Made by a program: the position numbers and the translations under genes. This document shows, one piece after another, positions 62,000-64,000 of a stretch of DNA of 64,000 nt. Origin of the DNA: Pelagomonas calceolata (Eukaryota). Numbering within the stretch: the stretch's first letter is position 1; every line of letters begins with the position of its first letter. Location: assembly GCA_918797485.1 (NCBI GenBank), contig CAKKNE010000002.1, positions 806,001 to 870,000 on the forward strand, written 5' to 3'. The notes under the pieces are model-generated. The model saw only the letters and a list, made by a program, of their open reading frames with translations, was not told the origin of the DNA and made no database searches.

Positions 62000-64000
62000 A
62001 TGGCCTCGCTCCGCCTCGCCCTGCGCCTGAGCCGCGAGGCCAGCGAGGCGCCCGCGCCCGCGCCGCAAGTTCAAGAAGACGAGCCGCCGGCGCGCCCGAA
62101 AAAGAAGAAGCCGTCGAAGCGCAAGCCGAAGCCCGCCGCCGCGCGCCCGAAAGCCCGAAGCCGCAAGCCGCCGGCGACGGCCGTCGGCGGCGGGACCCTC
62201 GAAAGGCTGCCCTGGGAGCTTCTCGGCGCGGTGGCCAAGTACCTGACGGTAGAAGATGCGGCGCGGTGGCGCGGCTGCGGCCGGAGCAGCGCCGCCGGCG
62301 TCGGCGCGCTCTGGGGCGAGGACCGGCCGGAGCTTTGTGCTGGCGAGCTGAGCGCGCAGATTTCGAGGCTCGCGTGCACGAGCGCCGAGGACGAAGAGGC
62401 GCTCTGGGCGCACCCGCACAACACGCTCTGCCAGGTATGTGGAAACGGCGGCCGCGTCGTGGCCTGCGCCTACTGCAACCTCGTGTGGCACGCGCAGTGT
62501 TTGGCCGAGGCGGCCGCCGCGGGCGACAAGTGGCGCTGCCCCGAGTGCGTCGCGGACCAGACGGCGCCGGTCATCGGCGCCACGTCCGCTTTTGTGAGGC
62601 GTCGCGGCGACGGCCTCGAGTTGGTTGTGGGCGGCGGCTACCACTTCAGCAGCTTCACGCCTAACGGGAGCCGCTACGTCGCTTCGTTGAAAGAAAGCGC
62701 GGCGGCCTGGCGGCGCACATCCCATGAAGAGGCGCCGCCGGCGGGCTTCTCGGCGTCGGACGCCCTCGCGGCCGACGACGGCACTATACGCTGCTTCGCG
62801 CGTTATGGTGATGGCGAGAGGACCGAGGGCCCGGCCTGGGACGCGGTCGACGCCTGTGTGGAAATCAACCAGTGCGTCGGGTGCCCTCGGCCGTCCTGGC
62901 TCGGTCGAGCGGTGAGGAACCGGCATCGCCACGCCATCGAGCAGGCGTCGCGTCGATGGAGGACGACGCGATGATTCAGCACGAACGCGCCGTAAAATTT
63001 GATTTCCACACAGGTCGACGCGCCGCCCCTCGTGGCGGCGGCCGGCGCGGCGACGGTCTACGACGCGCTCTGGACGTTGGATGAGGACGGCTGGCGCCGG
63101 CGGCCGCTCGCGGGCCCGCGGCCGACGCTCCGCGCGGACGCGTCGCTCGCTCAGATCCGGATCCGGGGCCGCGAAGTTTTGGTCGTCTTCGGCGGCTTCG
63201 CGCCCGACCTGCGGCGGCCCCTAGGCGGCCTCCACGCCCTCGACGTCGCCAGCGGCACCTGGTCGACCCTCGCACCGGACGACCTCGCGCCGAAGCCGCG
63301 CGCCAAGCCCGTCCGCGTCGCGGCGCCGGCGCCGGCGCCGCCCGCGCCGCCGGCCCAGAACACGCGCGGCCGCGCCGAGCCCGCGCGCGGCGCGCGGACG
63401 CCGACGGAAGCTATTTTTGGTGAGCCCGACAGCGACGCGGACTCCGAGGTCGAGTTCGACGCCGACGCCGCGCCCGAGCTGCCGCCGGCCGCGGACCAGG
63501 CGCGCCTCGCGGCGCTGGGCCTGCGCGGCGCGACGCGGCCGGCGGAGCGCTGGGAGCCCGAGGTCGCGCCGCGCCGGAAGCGCGGGCCCCGCCGGAAGCG
63601 GGCGCGCGCCGCGCCGACGGCGCCGTCGCCGCGCGCGGGCCACTCGTGCACGCGCGTGGGGCGGGAGCTCGTCCTGCTCTGCGGCCTCGGCCGCGTCGAG
63701 GGCCAGTCCGGCCTGCCGCGGAGCGACTACCTCGACGAGGCCTGGTTCCTGTCCTTCGACGGCGCGACGGGCGCCGCGCGGTGGCGCCTGCCGCGGGTCC
63801 AGGGCCGGCCGCCGGGCGGCCGCGCGGGCCACGCCGCGGCCGCCGTCGGGCCGCACGTCGTCGTCTTCGGCGGCGTCAACGCGAAGCAGTTCCTGGGCGA
63901 CCTGCACGTCCTCTACGCGCCCGCGCGGATCTGGTCCGCGCCGCGGCTGGCCGGCCCGGCCGTCGCGCCGCGCATGCGGCCCGCGCTAGTAGTCGCGCGC
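62000..64000 (+). CDS. UIM-like + F-box + PHD finger + Kelch-repeat protein (runs off the window); exons 62000-62845, 63014->64000
   Basis: LRLALRLS; LERLPWELLGAVAKYL; CQVC..CAYC..H..C..WRCPEC; after splicing VVFGG, PRAGHS, RAGHAA..VVFGG. Confidence 0.8.
62846..63013 (+). mobile_element. TIR introner intron (168 nt) with exact 8-bp TSD
   Basis: gtcgacgc + ctgtgtggaaatcaa ... ttgatttccacacag | gtcgacgc. Confidence 0.93.

Noticed and set aside
1..64000. Autonomous transposase, rRNA, tRNA or viral hallmark genes
   Set aside because: I recognised no DDE/RT/integrase motifs, cloverleafs or rRNA-like segments; small ncRNAs could be missed without covariance-model searches.

Overview
This is GC-rich, gene-dense eukaryotic nuclear DNA with about 45 short genes, few introns and tiny intergenic spacers. 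Bipartite (signal + transit) plastid-targeting presequences, introner-type introns and lineage-expanded ankyrin/TPR families point to a photosynthetic stramenopile, most likely a pelagophyte (Pelagomonas/Aureococcus-like; this is inference). Recognisable genes include MYCBP, PP2C, CIA30, IPI1/TEX10, HSF, SWEET, NHE, MAK16, pirin, RPL27, an organellar GlnRS fused to a tRNA-binding domain, YqeY, a SAM-MAPKK, U2AF65, CreA, PHB2, plastid uS15 and an amino-acid transporter. Two non-coding systems stand out. (1) A ~24-bp pseudo-palindromic motif, GCTAGTGTCTTAC-N3-5-CGCTAGC, occurs 17 times, once per upstream region (12 divergent, 5 tandem), in either orientation; I saw no full copy in a CDS or between convergent genes. 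(2) A family of introner (MITE-like) introns has 15-bp terminal inverted repeats (TIRs; CTGTGTGGAAATCAA...TTGATTTCCACACAG) and up to 8-bp target-site duplications (TSDs) that supply the GT/GC donor. Their core CGCCATCGACGCG also survives in many other, decayed introns. I saw no rRNA, tRNA, CRISPR array or autonomous transposase. All exon/intron calls were made by eye and checked only for reading-frame consistency.
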